A DNA stretch of 64,000 bases from Escherichia coli (GTDB lineage Bacteria > Pseudomonadota > Gammaproteobacteria > Enterobacterales > Enterobacteriaceae): NCBI RefSeq assembly GCF_965641715.1, contig NZ_OZ282453.1; one strand, 5' to 3'. Positions 51,041-61,558 of this stretch are shown piece by piece. Made by a program: the position numbers and the translations under genes. The notes beneath the pieces are model-generated. The model saw only the letters and a list, made by a program, of their open reading frames with translations, was not told where the DNA came from and did no database searches. How positions within the stretch are numbered: the first letter of the stretch is position 1; every line of letters begins with the position of its first letter.

Positions 51041-52995
51041 TTATCCTCCTTCGGACAATGCGACACGAACATCGAACCACTTCCGGCTGCGGCTTTCAGG
51101 ATCACCGGGCGCATCGGCAGGATCACATCCCCCGGACTGCCCCCGCCGTTAAGATTGATTTTCGCGCCCTTAATATCCACGCCGCCGGAATGGATCACCA
51201 CAAATGAACCGCCCACCCGCAGACTGATTTTGCTGTCGCTCTGTAAAACAATATCGCCCTGTACGCTGATACCCAGCGCGCCGCTTATTTTCTGTGCCAG
51301 ATCGCCTTTCACCTCCAGTCCCTGATTGCCCTCTGTCAGGCTGACGTGGTCTTTGGTGGTTTTATGGTCCTGTTTACCTTCAACCGTCACTTTCCGGTCA
51401 TTTGCCACCACCAGGGATTCATCATGCCCGATGCTGACCGTCCGGTCATAGTTGACCCGCTTATCCTTGCTGTTCAGCACAACGACCTGCATATTTTTCT
51501 GTGCGTGCAGATAAATTTCTTCCTTGTCCGTGGCGTCCTCAAACCGCAGTTCGTTAAATCCGCTTCCTTTATAGGTCTTTGACCGTATCGTCATCTGCGT
51601 CTTCGTCCCCGGCAGACTCCCCGGCGAACGGTTGTCCTCATGGTATGTCCGGCCCATGATTATCGGCTGGTCCGGGTCTCCGTTCAGGAAGTCAACAATC
51701 ACCTCCTGACCCACCCGCGGTATCGCCAGGTTACCGAACCCCGGCCCCGCCCACGCCTGCGATACCCGCACCCAGCATGAACTCGCCTCCGTCATCCCGT
51801 GATAACGGTCCCAGTGGAACTTCACCCGTACCCGGCCATGTTCGTCGCAGAATATCTCCTCACCCTTCGGCCCGGTCACAATGGCACTCTGCGGCCCGTC
51901 CACCTTCGGTTTGCTTTGCAGCCGTGGACGCCACGTCCGGTCTGCCGGTATCACCTCTAACTGATTTCCCAGCGTGGTTCCCCTCCCCTGGCTGCCGTGC
52001 AGCGCCTGCGGCTGGCTTCCTGACAGTATGCTCTGTACCACCTGCCATTCACGGTTCAGCATCTTCTGCGGATGCCCCGTCAGCGTAAACCGCGTTCCCG
52101 GCCACAGCCTCGGCGAATTACTCTGCCCTGTGGCCTTTTCCGCATCACTGCGCAGGCTCTCCATCTGGTACAGCGTGAAATCCTTGCCGTGCTGCTCATC
52201 CTTGAACCTTCCCGGATAATCAAATATCTCATACTGCGCCAGCTGTCCGTTCAGGTTCTCACCCTGCTGCTCATACATCCCCGGCCAGTCCGGCACCTTA
52301 AACGTGTAATCCTGGCTCTGCACCGACGACGGGCGGACATACGCCTCATAACGGAACATACTGACACACTCTGTCTCCGCTCCTGCCGATGTGTCCGGGT
52401 TAAACGGAAGCTCTCCCGCCTGTGACAGCCCCGCCACATCGTCGCACAGCGTCAGCTTCTGCTCCGGACTGTCCGCCGCAAACCGCTCAAAGAAGAAAAT
52501 TCCCTCCTCCGCCCACAGCCGCGCCAGAAACGCCAGGTCCGACTCCCCGTACTGCACACAGAACTCCCGCGCCGGATGGTCCTCATAAAACAGCGGCGTC
52601 CACTCCGTGACGCCGTTCTCGTTCAGTAACGTGGCCGATATCGTCCGGATATCCTGCTGCTGGAAGATACGGAAGTTCTGCCGCAGCCCGCACCGCCATA
52701 ACGGCGGCTCAATACGCAGGTGATAACGCATCTGCCAGCCATTGTTCTCCTGCATACCAAAACCCGCCACCACGCCGGTGACATAACGCTGCGCCACCGC
52801 GCCCTGCCAGATGGTCAGCGTCGCCTTCTTCTCCAGCAGCATCTCCGCCGTCTGCATAAAAGAGTCGCTGGCAACATCCACACTCATCACAAACGGATAT
52901 GACTGGTTCTGGATTAACCTGAAATTCACCACTGCAAAGGTGTCCGGCTCCTGGCCGTCAATCTCCAGCGTAAAGCGCAGACCGTTTAAGGACAT
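51037..52995 (-). CDS. vgrG: T6SS spike protein VgrG (short form, no C-terminal extension)
   Basis: 652 aa; N-terminal region near-identical to the 799-aa vgrG. Confidence 0.9.
   Translation of the reverse strand: MSLNGLRFTLEIDGQEPDTFAVVNFRLIQNQSYPFVMSVDVASDSFMQTAEMLLEKKATLTIWQGAVAQRYVTGVVAGFGMQENNGWQMRYHLRIEPPLWRCGLRQNFRIFQQQDIRTISATLLNENGVTEWTPLFYEDHPAREFCVQYGESDLAFLARLWAEEGIFFFERFAADSPEQKLTLCDDVAGLSQAGELPFNPDTSAGAETECVSMFRYEAYVRPSSVQSQDYTFKVPDWPGMYEQQGENLNGQLAQYEIFDYPGRFKDEQHGKDFTLYQMESLRSDAEKATGQSNSPRLWPGTRFTLTGHPQKMLNREWQVVQSILSGSQPQALHGSQGRGTTLGNQLEVIPADRTWRPRLQSKPKVDGPQSAIVTGPKGEEIFCDEHGRVRVKFHWDRYHGMTEASSCWVRVSQAWAGPGFGNLAIPRVGQEVIVDFLNGDPDQPIIMGRTYHEDNRSPGSLPGTKTQMTIRSKTYKGSGFNELRFEDATDKEEIYLHAQKNMQVVVLNSKDKRVNYDRTVSIGHDESLVVANDRKVTVEGKQDHKTTKDHVSLTEGNQGLEVKGDLAQKISGALGISVQGDIVLQSDSKISLRVGGSFVVIHSGGVDIKGAKINLNGGGSPGDVILPMRPVILKAAAGSGSMFVSHCPKEDK
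51535..52995. repeat. ~1.5 kb direct repeat, vgrG 5' region copy 2
   Basis: near-identical to 45650..47114. Confidence 0.7.
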
Positions 52996-53169
52996 AATGA
53001 CCTCCCTGATTTATTCACGGACCAAATGATTCTCACCATGCAGCAAAGGGTGCCAGTGCAGCGTTACACTCATCTTTACATTTTCAGGTACGCTACCGCC
53101 CGGGTTTCCGGCATCCGCCATCTCCCTCATGAAAGCGTAACTCCTTACTGACACTCATTTTTTACACGT

Positions 53170-53204
53170 ACAAAAACAACATCCTGCACGAAGGCAGGAT
53201 GTTG
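53170..53204 (-). terminator. Rho-independent terminator downstream of hcp
   Basis: stem caacatcctgc/gcaggatgttg followed by UUUUUG on minus-strand transcript. Confidence 0.6.
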
Positions 53205-53215
53205 TTGACTCAGAT

Positions 53216-53734
53216 TTATGCTTCCAGCGGTGCACGCCAGTCATCGGCACCAGAAGTACCGGATTTGATGTGCTCCCACTCAACCTTACGGTATGCCAGT
53301 GATACTGCGAGCAATTGCGTAAACTCACGCTGTGCAGGGTCCTGGCAGTGCGGCATGTGCAGGTTCATGTCCACAATCGTCGCGTCAGTAAGACGTGTGG
53401 TGAAGTAGTGCTCCTGCTTGCCTTCAACTGAAGTACGCCACCAGTGCAGCTCCACTTTCGGCAGCATTTCACCGGAGGCCAGCGCGTTGTACAGCAGCGG
53501 AACGGCTTTGTTCAGCGCCACGGTGAAAATGAACGGTTTGTGCGCGCGCTGCCCGGAAGGTTGACCAGACTGTGGATCGGTTGGAACAGTAACGTTATGC
53601 AGAAACTCCTGCACCAGCATTTCATCTTCGTGTCCCTGCACGTAGATATTGCCGACAGAATCTGCGGTGAAAGCACCGGCAGTGATGTTCCCCTGGGTCT
53701 GACCTGTAATTGAAATGTAACATGGGGTTGGCAT
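53216..53734 (-). CDS. hcp: T6SS tube protein Hcp (TssD)
   Basis: 172 aa MPTPCYISITGQTQGNITAG; good RBS. Confidence 0.9.
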   Translation of the reverse strand: MPTPCYISITGQTQGNITAGAFTADSVGNIYVQGHEDEMLVQEFLHNVTVPTDPQSGQPSGQRAHKPFIFTVALNKAVPLLYNALASGEMLPKVELHWWRTSVEGKQEHYFTTRLTDATIVDMNLHMPHCQDPAQREFTQLLAVSLAYRKVEWEHIKSGTSGADDWRAPLEA

Positions 53735-54437
53735 TTATGAACTCCTTGTGAAATTATCAACTGCTGTTTTACGAACAACCCGTCGTTAATCCCCGACGGG
53801 TTAGAGTGTGATGCGGCTCACATCAGGAACCACACCCTTTTCTTTATTCGAGTTACAGGCACACGTAATTAGCACCTACTGAAAAACTCTTTTATGGTGT
53901 TTAAATATATTTTTAGTCAATTTCAGAACACGGTCACATAAGCTAAAAATATATCAACTTCAACAGCAGAATTATCCATAACGTATCTTCCCCCCCCATA
54001 AAAATCCACAGCCGCGTCAAAAACAAATTATTACGACACTTACTCCGCCATCGTTCCAGCACGCAATTAAGACATTCCTTAAAGGAATTTCTTATGATGT
54101 ATTGCCAGCAATTAATTAATTGATAAAACCATACATAAAACTTATTAATCAATTTAATAAATGCATATAAATCAATATATTATGGTATTTTATTAACCGT
54201 AAAATCATATTCATCAAGTCTATAAATACCAAAATTTATTTCACTATAATATATTAGCAAGGAAGAATACATCTCTTTCTAAAATATAAATAGTTCTTTT
54301 AATATTTTATTTCATGAGTAGAATACTGATCACAACAGAAGGAAGGTTACATTATCTAACTGCCACTGAAACGGTATCTTCGGTATTTTTATGCAGTACG
54401 AAAATGCTGTGCTCATGGCCTGAACGGGAACATTTTT

Positions 54438-54941
54438 ATGAGCAAAATGAACAACAATGGCGGCAGTGTCGCGCCGAAAGAAAGAATCAGCGTTCGGTAT
54501 ACACCAAAAGTTGATGGGGTGGCTGCTGATATCGAATTGCCGCTGAATTTATTGATCACCGGCAATCTGAAAGGGAAACCAGATAACACGCCGTTGGACG
54601 AGCGAACTGCCATTGCTATCAACCGCTATAACCTCAACGCAGTCATTTCAGAAGCTGACATTGAACGGGAGTTTGTTGTTCCGGCTGAACTCAGTGACGC
54701 TCCCAATGAGCAAATGTACGTCAACCTGAAAGTCAAATCTATGGATGACCTTTCTCCGGACCATATTGCCAGCCAGGTACCAGAAATAAAACGTCTTCTC
54801 GAATTGCGTGAAGCTCTGGTCGCACTTAAGTCTCCACTAGGCAATATTCCGGCCTTCCGCGCACAACTTCAGGCGCTACTGGAAAACGAAGACAGCCGCG
54901 AGCAGCTGATCCATGAACTGGGTATCGCCGTTCAGAAATAA
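54438..54941 (+). CDS. tssB: T6SS sheath small subunit TssB
   Basis: 167 aa, first gene of structural operon. Confidence 0.85.
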   Translation: MSKMNNNGGSVAPKERISVRYTPKVDGVAADIELPLNLLITGNLKGKPDNTPLDERTAIAINRYNLNAVISEADIEREFVVPAELSDAPNEQMYVNLKVKSMDDLSPDHIASQVPEIKRLLELREALVALKSPLGNIPAFRAQLQALLENEDSREQLIHELGIAVQK

Positions 54942-54963
54942 TTTTCACAGAAGGATTTTCAGT

Positions 54964-56448
54964 ATGTCAGTAAAGGAAGATATTGCTCCCGTCAGCGCGT
55001 CGCAAACCGCCGCGCCCCCATCTCTGCTTGATGAAATCATGGCGCAAACCCGCGTCCAGCCTAAATCAGAAAGCTACGATATCACCCGCCAGGGCGTGAG
55101 CGCCTTTATTGCCGCCATGTTACAGGGCGACAGTAGCGCTGAACCTATCAATATCCTGGCCGTTGACGCCATGATTGCTGATATTGATGCCCGAACCAGC
55201 AGGCAGATGGATGCCATTATTCATGCCCCGGAGTTTCAGGAACTGGAATCCCTGCTGCGCTCGCTGAAGCTGCTGGTTGAACGCGCGGATACACGGGAAA
55301 ACATCAAGGTCCATTTCCTGAATGTCACTCAGGAAGAACTGCTGGATGATTTCGAATTTGCACCTGAAATCACGCAGTCTGCATATTACAAGCATGTATA
55401 TTCAAGCGGTTACGGACAATTTGGCGGTGAGCCAGTGGCGGCGGTAATCGGCAACTTTGCCTTTAAGAACACCACGCCGGATATGAAGTTGCTGAAATAT
55501 ATCAGCCAGGTCAGTGCGATGGCGCACAGCCCGTTCCTCTCATCAGTATCATCCGAATTTTTCGGTCTGGACTCATGGACAGAGTTACCGGGGATTAAAG
55601 AACCAGGAGCCATCTTTGAAGGCCCGGCCTATTCCCGCTGGCGTGCCTTGCGTGAATCAGAAGATTCACGCTACCTGGGGCTGACCGCCCCCCGGTTCCT
55701 GCTGCGTCACCCTTACTCGCCGGATGAGAACCCAGCCAGGACCTTCCGTTACCATGAAGACGTCAGCCAGAGTCACGAGTCTTATTTGTGGGGGAACACC
55801 TCGTTTTTACTAGCTGCGAACCTGGCTGAAAGTTTTGCTAAATATCGCTGGTGTCCCAATATCATTGGCCCTTCCAGCGGCGGCGCAGTCAAAGACCTCC
55901 CGGTGCATCTGTATGAATCCATGGGGCAAATGCAGGCAAAAATTCCGACTGAAGTGTTGATCACTGACCGGAGAGAGTATGAGCTGGCGGAAGAAGGCTT
56001 TATCACACTGACCATGCGTAAAGGGTCTGATAATGCGTGCTTTTTCTCGGCCAACTCGGTGCAGAAACCCAAAACATTCCCCAAAACCCCCGAAGGCAAG
56101 GCTGCGGAGACCAACTATAAACTCGGCACCCAGCTACCATACTTATTTGTTATCAGTAGGTTAGCGCATTACATCAAGGTAATTCAGCGCGAACAGCTTG
56201 GCTCATGGAAAGAACGCAGTGACCTGGAGCGCGAGCTGAACACCTGGATTCGCCAGTATGTGGCCGACCAGGAGAATCCGCCTGCCGAAGTCCGCAGCCA
56301 CCGGCCATTACGTCAGGCGAAGATCGAGGTACTTGATGTGGATGGTGAGCCAGGCTGGTACCAGGTCGCGATTTCTGTCAGACCGCATTTTAAATACATG
56401 GGTGCCAGTTTCGACCTGAGCTTGGTCGGACGACTGGATAAGGAATAA
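54964..56448 (+). CDS. tssC: T6SS sheath large subunit TssC
   Basis: 494 aa from MSVKEDIAPV. Confidence 0.9.
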   Translation: MSVKEDIAPVSASQTAAPPSLLDEIMAQTRVQPKSESYDITRQGVSAFIAAMLQGDSSAEPINILAVDAMIADIDARTSRQMDAIIHAPEFQELESLLRSLKLLVERADTRENIKVHFLNVTQEELLDDFEFAPEITQSAYYKHVYSSGYGQFGGEPVAAVIGNFAFKNTTPDMKLLKYISQVSAMAHSPFLSSVSSEFFGLDSWTELPGIKEPGAIFEGPAYSRWRALRESEDSRYLGLTAPRFLLRHPYSPDENPARTFRYHEDVSQSHESYLWGNTSFLLAANLAESFAKYRWCPNIIGPSSGGAVKDLPVHLYESMGQMQAKIPTEVLITDRREYELAEEGFITLTMRKGSDNACFFSANSVQKPKTFPKTPEGKAAETNYKLGTQLPYLFVISRLAHYIKVIQREQLGSWKERSDLERELNTWIRQYVADQENPPAEVRSHRPLRQAKIEVLDVDGEPGWYQVAISVRPHFKYMGASFDLSLVGRLDKE

Positions 56449-56452
56449 TCAG

Positions 56453-56878
56453 ATGCAAAGACGGGATTCAGGGCCAACCAGCAGTCTTTTTGAACGTATC
56501 CGTGAGGCGGCCAACCCACCTTCATACCAGAATCCAAAAGAAGCACTGATACGTTCCATCAGACGTAACCTGCGACAGGTCCTGAATACCCGCTCCGGCA
56601 GTTGTTATGGCTCACCAGAGCTGGGGATTACTGATTTAAATGATGAATCGCTGGCCTCCAGCGATTTCAGACGAGAAATCCGTAAGTCCATTAGCCAGTG
56701 CATTTTACATTACGAACCTCGTATTACCGATGTTGTTGTTACGGCTGCGGCACCGGATGAATACGCCCCTGTGGAACTACGTTTTCATATTGTGGCTACG
56801 GTCGATGTCAGCGAAACCAGGGGAGTGTTTGAATTTGACATTTTGCTGGACAATCATCAACGCTATTGTGTGGAGTGA
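56453..56878 (+). CDS. tssE: T6SS baseplate protein TssE (gp25-like)
   Basis: 141 aa, position after tssC. Confidence 0.8.
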   Translation: MQRRDSGPTSSLFERIREAANPPSYQNPKEALIRSIRRNLRQVLNTRSGSCYGSPELGITDLNDESLASSDFRREIRKSISQCILHYEPRITDVVVTAAAPDEYAPVELRFHIVATVDVSETRGVFEFDILLDNHQRYCVE

Positions 56879-58725
56879 TCTCTGTGGCTTTTGAAGAACG
56901 TTACTACCGCGAAGAGCTGGATTATCTTCGCCAGCTTGGCAAACTGCTGGCGCAGGAAAAACCACATCTGGCCCACTTTCTGGCCGAGAAAGAGGGTGAT
57001 CCGGACGTGGAGCGTCTGATGGAAGCCTTTGCCTTTATGTCCGGTAGCCTGCGTCAGAAACTTGAGGACGAATTCCCCGAATTCACCCATGGGCTAATCC
57101 GTATGCTGTGGGCAAACTATTTACGCCCAGTTCCGGCCATGACGGTTATTGCCTATGAACCCAAAACCGATCAGTTAAAAGTCCCTGTTCAAGTCTGCCG
57201 TAATGAACTGATCAGAAGCCGCTCAGAAAAGTCCGCCCTGGCTGCTCAGAAGGTGCTGTCTGACAATCATGATAAAATCGTTTCTTCCGTAGCCTGTCAT
57301 TTCACGCTGGCGCGCGATATCTGGCTGCAACCACTGCGCATTCTCGACACCCGCAACGCCAGCAGCCTGAAAGAAGGCATCATAGATATCAGTTTTACCG
57401 CAGATAACAATGTCTCCCCCGCCATGCTTGACCTGAACAAAATAACGTTCTGGCTGGGTAATGAAGACGATTATACCCGACACCAGCTTTATCTGTGGTT
57501 TTGCGAATGCCTGATGGATGCGGAACTGATTGCCGGAGAGTACCGCCTGCCGCTGCCGGATCTGTGGCTGGAGGCCGCCGGGTTTGAAAACCAGGACGCC
57601 CTGCTGCCGTGGCCGAAAAATGTCCACAGCGGCTATCGGGTACTCCAGGAATATTTCTGCTATCCCGAAGCCTTCTTCTTTTTTCATCTGCGCGATGTTG
57701 CGCCGCTACCAGACGATTTCCCGGTCAGCGCGTTTACGCTGCGCCTGCACTTTAACCGCCCGTTACCTGCCGACATCAAGCTGCGTCAGGACTCAATGCG
57801 TCTGCACTGTACGCCAGCCATTAACCTGTTTACGCATTATGCGGAACCCGTCAGGCCTGATGGACGGATAGCGGAATACCCGCTGCGCGCCAGCCACCGG
57901 CATCCCGACGCTTATGACATTTTTCAGATAAGCACAGTCACCAGCAAAGTCAAAGTTTCAGGTACTGAATCCAACCCTGGCAGCCAGGCGCGTGTCTGGC
58001 CCGAATTTGAAAGTTTCCAGCACCAGATGGAGTACAGCCGCCAGCGGGAAGTCGTCTACTGGCATCACCGGACTAAAACATCCCTGTTTCACCGCGGGCT
58101 TGAACATAGTATCGCCTTTGTCCATGCGGACGGCAGCATTCCGGACAGCTCACGGTTTAATGATGATGTGATCACCACGTCATTAATCTGTACCAACCGT
58201 ATGATCCCTGCTCGGCTGCATATCGGCGATATCTGCGTGGCCGTCAACAAAAACCCGGCGGTGGCCTCATTTCATAATGTCACACGCCCAACGCAGCCGC
58301 TCTGGCCAGTCACGGACGGCGACATGCACTGGTCGCTGATTTCCGCGATGAACCTGAACTACCTCTCCCTGCTGGACAGGGAGACACTGATCCAGATCCT
58401 GCGGACCTTCGACCTGCCAGGCGCTCACCATCCGCAGCGGGCCAGACTGTCGCGCCAGAAACTGGATGCCATAGAAAAACTCGAAACCAAACCTGTTGAC
58501 AGGTTGTTTAAAGGCGTGCCGGTTCGCGGGCTGGCGACCACGCTGTGGATACGTCCCGATCCATTTATCTGCGAAGGTGAAATTTATCTTCTTGGTACAG
58601 TGCTCTCGCACTTTTTTGCTCTCTACGCCAGCATCAATTCGTACCACTGTCTGAAAATTATCAACACGGAAAGTCAGGAGGCCTGGGAATGGCAGGAGAA
58701 AATGGGTCAGCACGCCCTTATATAG
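56866..58725 (+). CDS. tssF: T6SS baseplate protein TssF
   Basis: 619 aa; start may be an internal GTG. Confidence 0.8.
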   Translation: MCGVISVAFEERYYREELDYLRQLGKLLAQEKPHLAHFLAEKEGDPDVERLMEAFAFMSGSLRQKLEDEFPEFTHGLIRMLWANYLRPVPAMTVIAYEPKTDQLKVPVQVCRNELIRSRSEKSALAAQKVLSDNHDKIVSSVACHFTLARDIWLQPLRILDTRNASSLKEGIIDISFTADNNVSPAMLDLNKITFWLGNEDDYTRHQLYLWFCECLMDAELIAGEYRLPLPDLWLEAAGFENQDALLPWPKNVHSGYRVLQEYFCYPEAFFFFHLRDVAPLPDDFPVSAFTLRLHFNRPLPADIKLRQDSMRLHCTPAINLFTHYAEPVRPDGRIAEYPLRASHRHPDAYDIFQISTVTSKVKVSGTESNPGSQARVWPEFESFQHQMEYSRQREVVYWHHRTKTSLFHRGLEHSIAFVHADGSIPDSSRFNDDVITTSLICTNRMIPARLHIGDICVAVNKNPAVASFHNVTRPTQPLWPVTDGDMHWSLISAMNLNYLSLLDRETLIQILRTFDLPGAHHPQRARLSRQKLDAIEKLETKPVDRLFKGVPVRGLATTLWIRPDPFICEGEIYLLGTVLSHFFALYASINSYHCLKIINTESQEAWEWQEKMGQHALI

Positions 58726-59738
58726 CGGTAAAACCGCCGTTATCGGCGGATGTGCGCAACTGCAATTTCTATGTGCTGATGGAGGCGCTGTACCGTCGGT
58801 ATGGCGCTCCGGGCCAGGATATTTCCCTGCGTACCGAGCCAGCCCAAGAGATCGTGCGTTTCAGCTCTGACGCCAATATCGGTTTTCCGGGTACGGACCT
58901 GAGTGTGCTTTCCCGTAGCCAGAACGGACAGTATGTACTGCAAACCCGTTTCCTGGGCTTTTCCGGCAGCCAGTCGCCGCTACCGGGCTATTATCTGGAT
59001 CAGATGGCGCAGGAGTCCGCACAGAACGAAGACGGCCTGAAAGAATTTCTCGATCTGTTCAGCCACCGCTGGACGCAGTTTGCCTACCATGCCTGGCGCA
59101 AATACCGCTACTACATCTGCTTTCGTAACGGCGGTAATGACACCTTTTCACAGCGCATGTACGCACTGGTCGGACTGGGTAATCAGAGCGTGCGTGACAG
59201 GCTTGCCATTAACCACAGCAAAATGCTGGCCTACGCCGGAATTCTGGCGACACCTGGCCGCGCGCCGGAGGTTATCTGTAATCTGGTGTCGCACTGTTTC
59301 GATTTGCCGGATGTCACCATTGAACGCTGGCAACTGCGTAAAGTCGCCATTGATCCGGCACACCAGAACCGGCTGGGTGTACGTAATCCGAAAGGAAAAA
59401 CGGCTGGACATATTCCGGGACGCTCCATACTCGGCGTTAATTTTACCCTCGGCGCACGGGTACCGGATCGCAGCGGAAAATTCCTGTTGCAGATTGGCGG
59501 CCTGTCGCGGGAGCGTTATCTCTCATTTTTACCCGATGGCGAAAATCACCTGCCTCTGACCATGTTCCTTTCCTTTATTCTGCGCGACCAGTTTGCCTGG
59601 GATTTACGGCTGTGCCTGGCACCACAGCAGGCTAAAGGGATGCGCCTTGGCGATCCGGCCAGCTCCCGCCTCGGCAGAACCAGCTTTATTGGTCAGCCGA
59701 AAGTACCGCCCGCCATCACCATCCGAATCAGGGAATAA
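58689..59738 (+). CDS. tssG: T6SS baseplate protein TssG
   Basis: 349 aa, overlaps tssF end. Confidence 0.8.
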   Translation: MAGENGSARPYIAVKPPLSADVRNCNFYVLMEALYRRYGAPGQDISLRTEPAQEIVRFSSDANIGFPGTDLSVLSRSQNGQYVLQTRFLGFSGSQSPLPGYYLDQMAQESAQNEDGLKEFLDLFSHRWTQFAYHAWRKYRYYICFRNGGNDTFSQRMYALVGLGNQSVRDRLAINHSKMLAYAGILATPGRAPEVICNLVSHCFDLPDVTIERWQLRKVAIDPAHQNRLGVRNPKGKTAGHIPGRSILGVNFTLGARVPDRSGKFLLQIGGLSRERYLSFLPDGENHLPLTMFLSFILRDQFAWDLRLCLAPQQAKGMRLGDPASSRLGRTSFIGQPKVPPAITIRIRE

Positions 59739-59742
59739 TTCT

Positions 59743-61035
59743 ATGGAACCACTTATGGCTGAGGAAAAACAGCAATCCCGCCAGGCCTCACTGACTTTAC
59801 AGGTGATGAATGGCAACGAACTGGAAAGCGGACGCGCCGCAAAATGCCTGTTCAGCGAAAACGGCGGTGATATTGGTCATACGCCGGAATGTCACTGGCA
59901 GGTACAGGATCGGGCGGGAAGCATTGCTGCGCGTGCCTGTACCGTTATCCGGCACGACGGAGCCTATTGCCTGCGGTGCCTGACGCCGGGACTGATGATT
60001 AATCTGGCCCCGGTTTCTTCCGATGCGCTCATCCGCCTGCGCCAAGGGGATGAGATCCAGCTCGGTGCACTGGCGTTGAAAGCGTTTCTGCATGACGGCG
60101 CGGCTGTCACCTACGACGAGCGGATGGCAACCCCGGAAACGATTGTGATGAACCGCGACAGTCTGGCGGACACCCTGCTGACCACCGAGGGACAACCGTC
60201 CTATCCGGGAATGCCGTTCCAGCATCAGCTTGCCCCCACGGTGGCGCACGGTTTTTCCAGCGATCCGCTCCAGGCACTCCAGACGGAAAGCCTGATGGTG
60301 GCAGATGATCCGATCGCACCACGCGTTTCCCGGCCCGTCGCCCCCGCCTCCGAACTGACAGGTGCAAACGGGATCAATACGCCGTTTATGGATCTGCCGC
60401 CCGGCAATGCCCGTTATGAGGACGACGATGAATTTTCTGCCATGGCGCAGTACCACCTGGCCGTGACCCCGCTGCTGCGCGGTATGGAGTGCCCGCTGAC
60501 GCTGCACGATTCTCAGGATGCGGATGAGTTTCTCGAAGAGGCCGGACGGGCGTTGCAGTCTGCCATTAAGGGATTGCTGAGCCTGCAACAACAACAGAAC
60601 AGCCTGTCGGATAAACATCTGCGTCCACTGGAAGACAACCCGCTTCGCCTTGATATGGACTACGCCACTGCGCTGAACGTCATGTTCGCTGAGGGTAAAA
60701 GTCCGGTACATCTCGCAGCACCCGCGGCCATCGGCGAAAGCCTGCGCAACATCCGGCATCATGAAGAGGCTAACCGGGCGGCGATTGTGGAAGCGTTGCG
60801 TGTCATGCTGGAGGCCTTCTCGCCGGGCAACCTGATGCGCCGCTTTGCGCAATACCGCCGCAGCCATGAACTGCGCCAGAAAATGGACGACGCCTGGGCA
60901 TGGCAGATGTACAGCAACTATTACGATGAGCTGGCCTCCAGCCGACAGCAAGGATTTGAAATGCTGTTCAATGAAGTTTATGCCCAGGTCTATGACCGGG
61001 TGCTGCGAGAAAAACAGCGGGAGCCGGAAGCATGA
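59743..61035 (+). CDS. tagH: FHA-domain T6SS-associated protein (TagH/Fha)
   Basis: start MEPLMAEEK; FHA-like N-terminal region; ORF track adds upstream codons. Confidence 0.7.
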   Translation: MEPLMAEEKQQSRQASLTLQVMNGNELESGRAAKCLFSENGGDIGHTPECHWQVQDRAGSIAARACTVIRHDGAYCLRCLTPGLMINLAPVSSDALIRLRQGDEIQLGALALKAFLHDGAAVTYDERMATPETIVMNRDSLADTLLTTEGQPSYPGMPFQHQLAPTVAHGFSSDPLQALQTESLMVADDPIAPRVSRPVAPASELTGANGINTPFMDLPPGNARYEDDDEFSAMAQYHLAVTPLLRGMECPLTLHDSQDADEFLEEAGRALQSAIKGLLSLQQQQNSLSDKHLRPLEDNPLRLDMDYATALNVMFAEGKSPVHLAAPAAIGESLRNIRHHEEANRAAIVEALRVMLEAFSPGNLMRRFAQYRRSHELRQKMDDAWAWQMYSNYYDELASSRQQGFEMLFNEVYAQVYDRVLREKQREPEA

Positions 61036-61556
61036 ACGGCAAAGCGTTTCTGGCCTGCGTTCTGATGAGCGTCGTATTAACTGGCTGTGAAACAGCGAAA
61101 AAAATCAGCCAGGTGATCCGCAATCCGGATATTCAGGTCGGAAAGCTGATGGATCAGTCAACCGAGCTAACCGTCACGCTGCTGACCGAGCCGGACAGCA
61201 ACCTGACGGCGGACGGCGAAGCTGCGCCGGTGGATGTCCAACTGGTTTACCTGAGCGACGACTCCAAATTCCAGGCCGCCGACTACGACCAGGTTGCCAC
61301 CACCGCGCTGCCCGACGTGCTGGGGAAAAACTATATCGATCATCAGGACTTCAACCTGTTGCCGGACACCGTAAAAACACTGCCGCCGATCAAGCTGGAT
61401 GAGAAAACCAGTTATATCGGTGTCATTGCCTATTTTTCAGACGACCAGGCCACAGAATGGAAACAAATTGAGCCGGTAGAAAGTATCGGCCACCACTATC
61501 GCCTGCTGGTGCACATCCGCGCCAGTGCGATTGAGATGAAAAAAGAGGAAAACTGA
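61032..61556 (+). CDS. tssJ: T6SS outer-membrane lipoprotein TssJ
   Basis: lipobox VLTGC. Confidence 0.8.
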   Translation: MNGKAFLACVLMSVVLTGCETAKKISQVIRNPDIQVGKLMDQSTELTVTLLTEPDSNLTADGEAAPVDVQLVYLSDDSKFQAADYDQVATTALPDVLGKNYIDHQDFNLLPDTVKTLPPIKLDEKTSYIGVIAYFSDDQATEWKQIEPVESIGHHYRLLVHIRASAIEMKKEEN

Positions 61557-61558
61557 CG

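Noticed and set aside
59797-60951. 384-aa ORF antisense to the FHA-domain gene (similar antisense ORFs at 61838..62443 and 62546..62953)
   Set aside because: Embedded in T6SS core genes on the opposite strand with Arg/His-rich composition; no independent support
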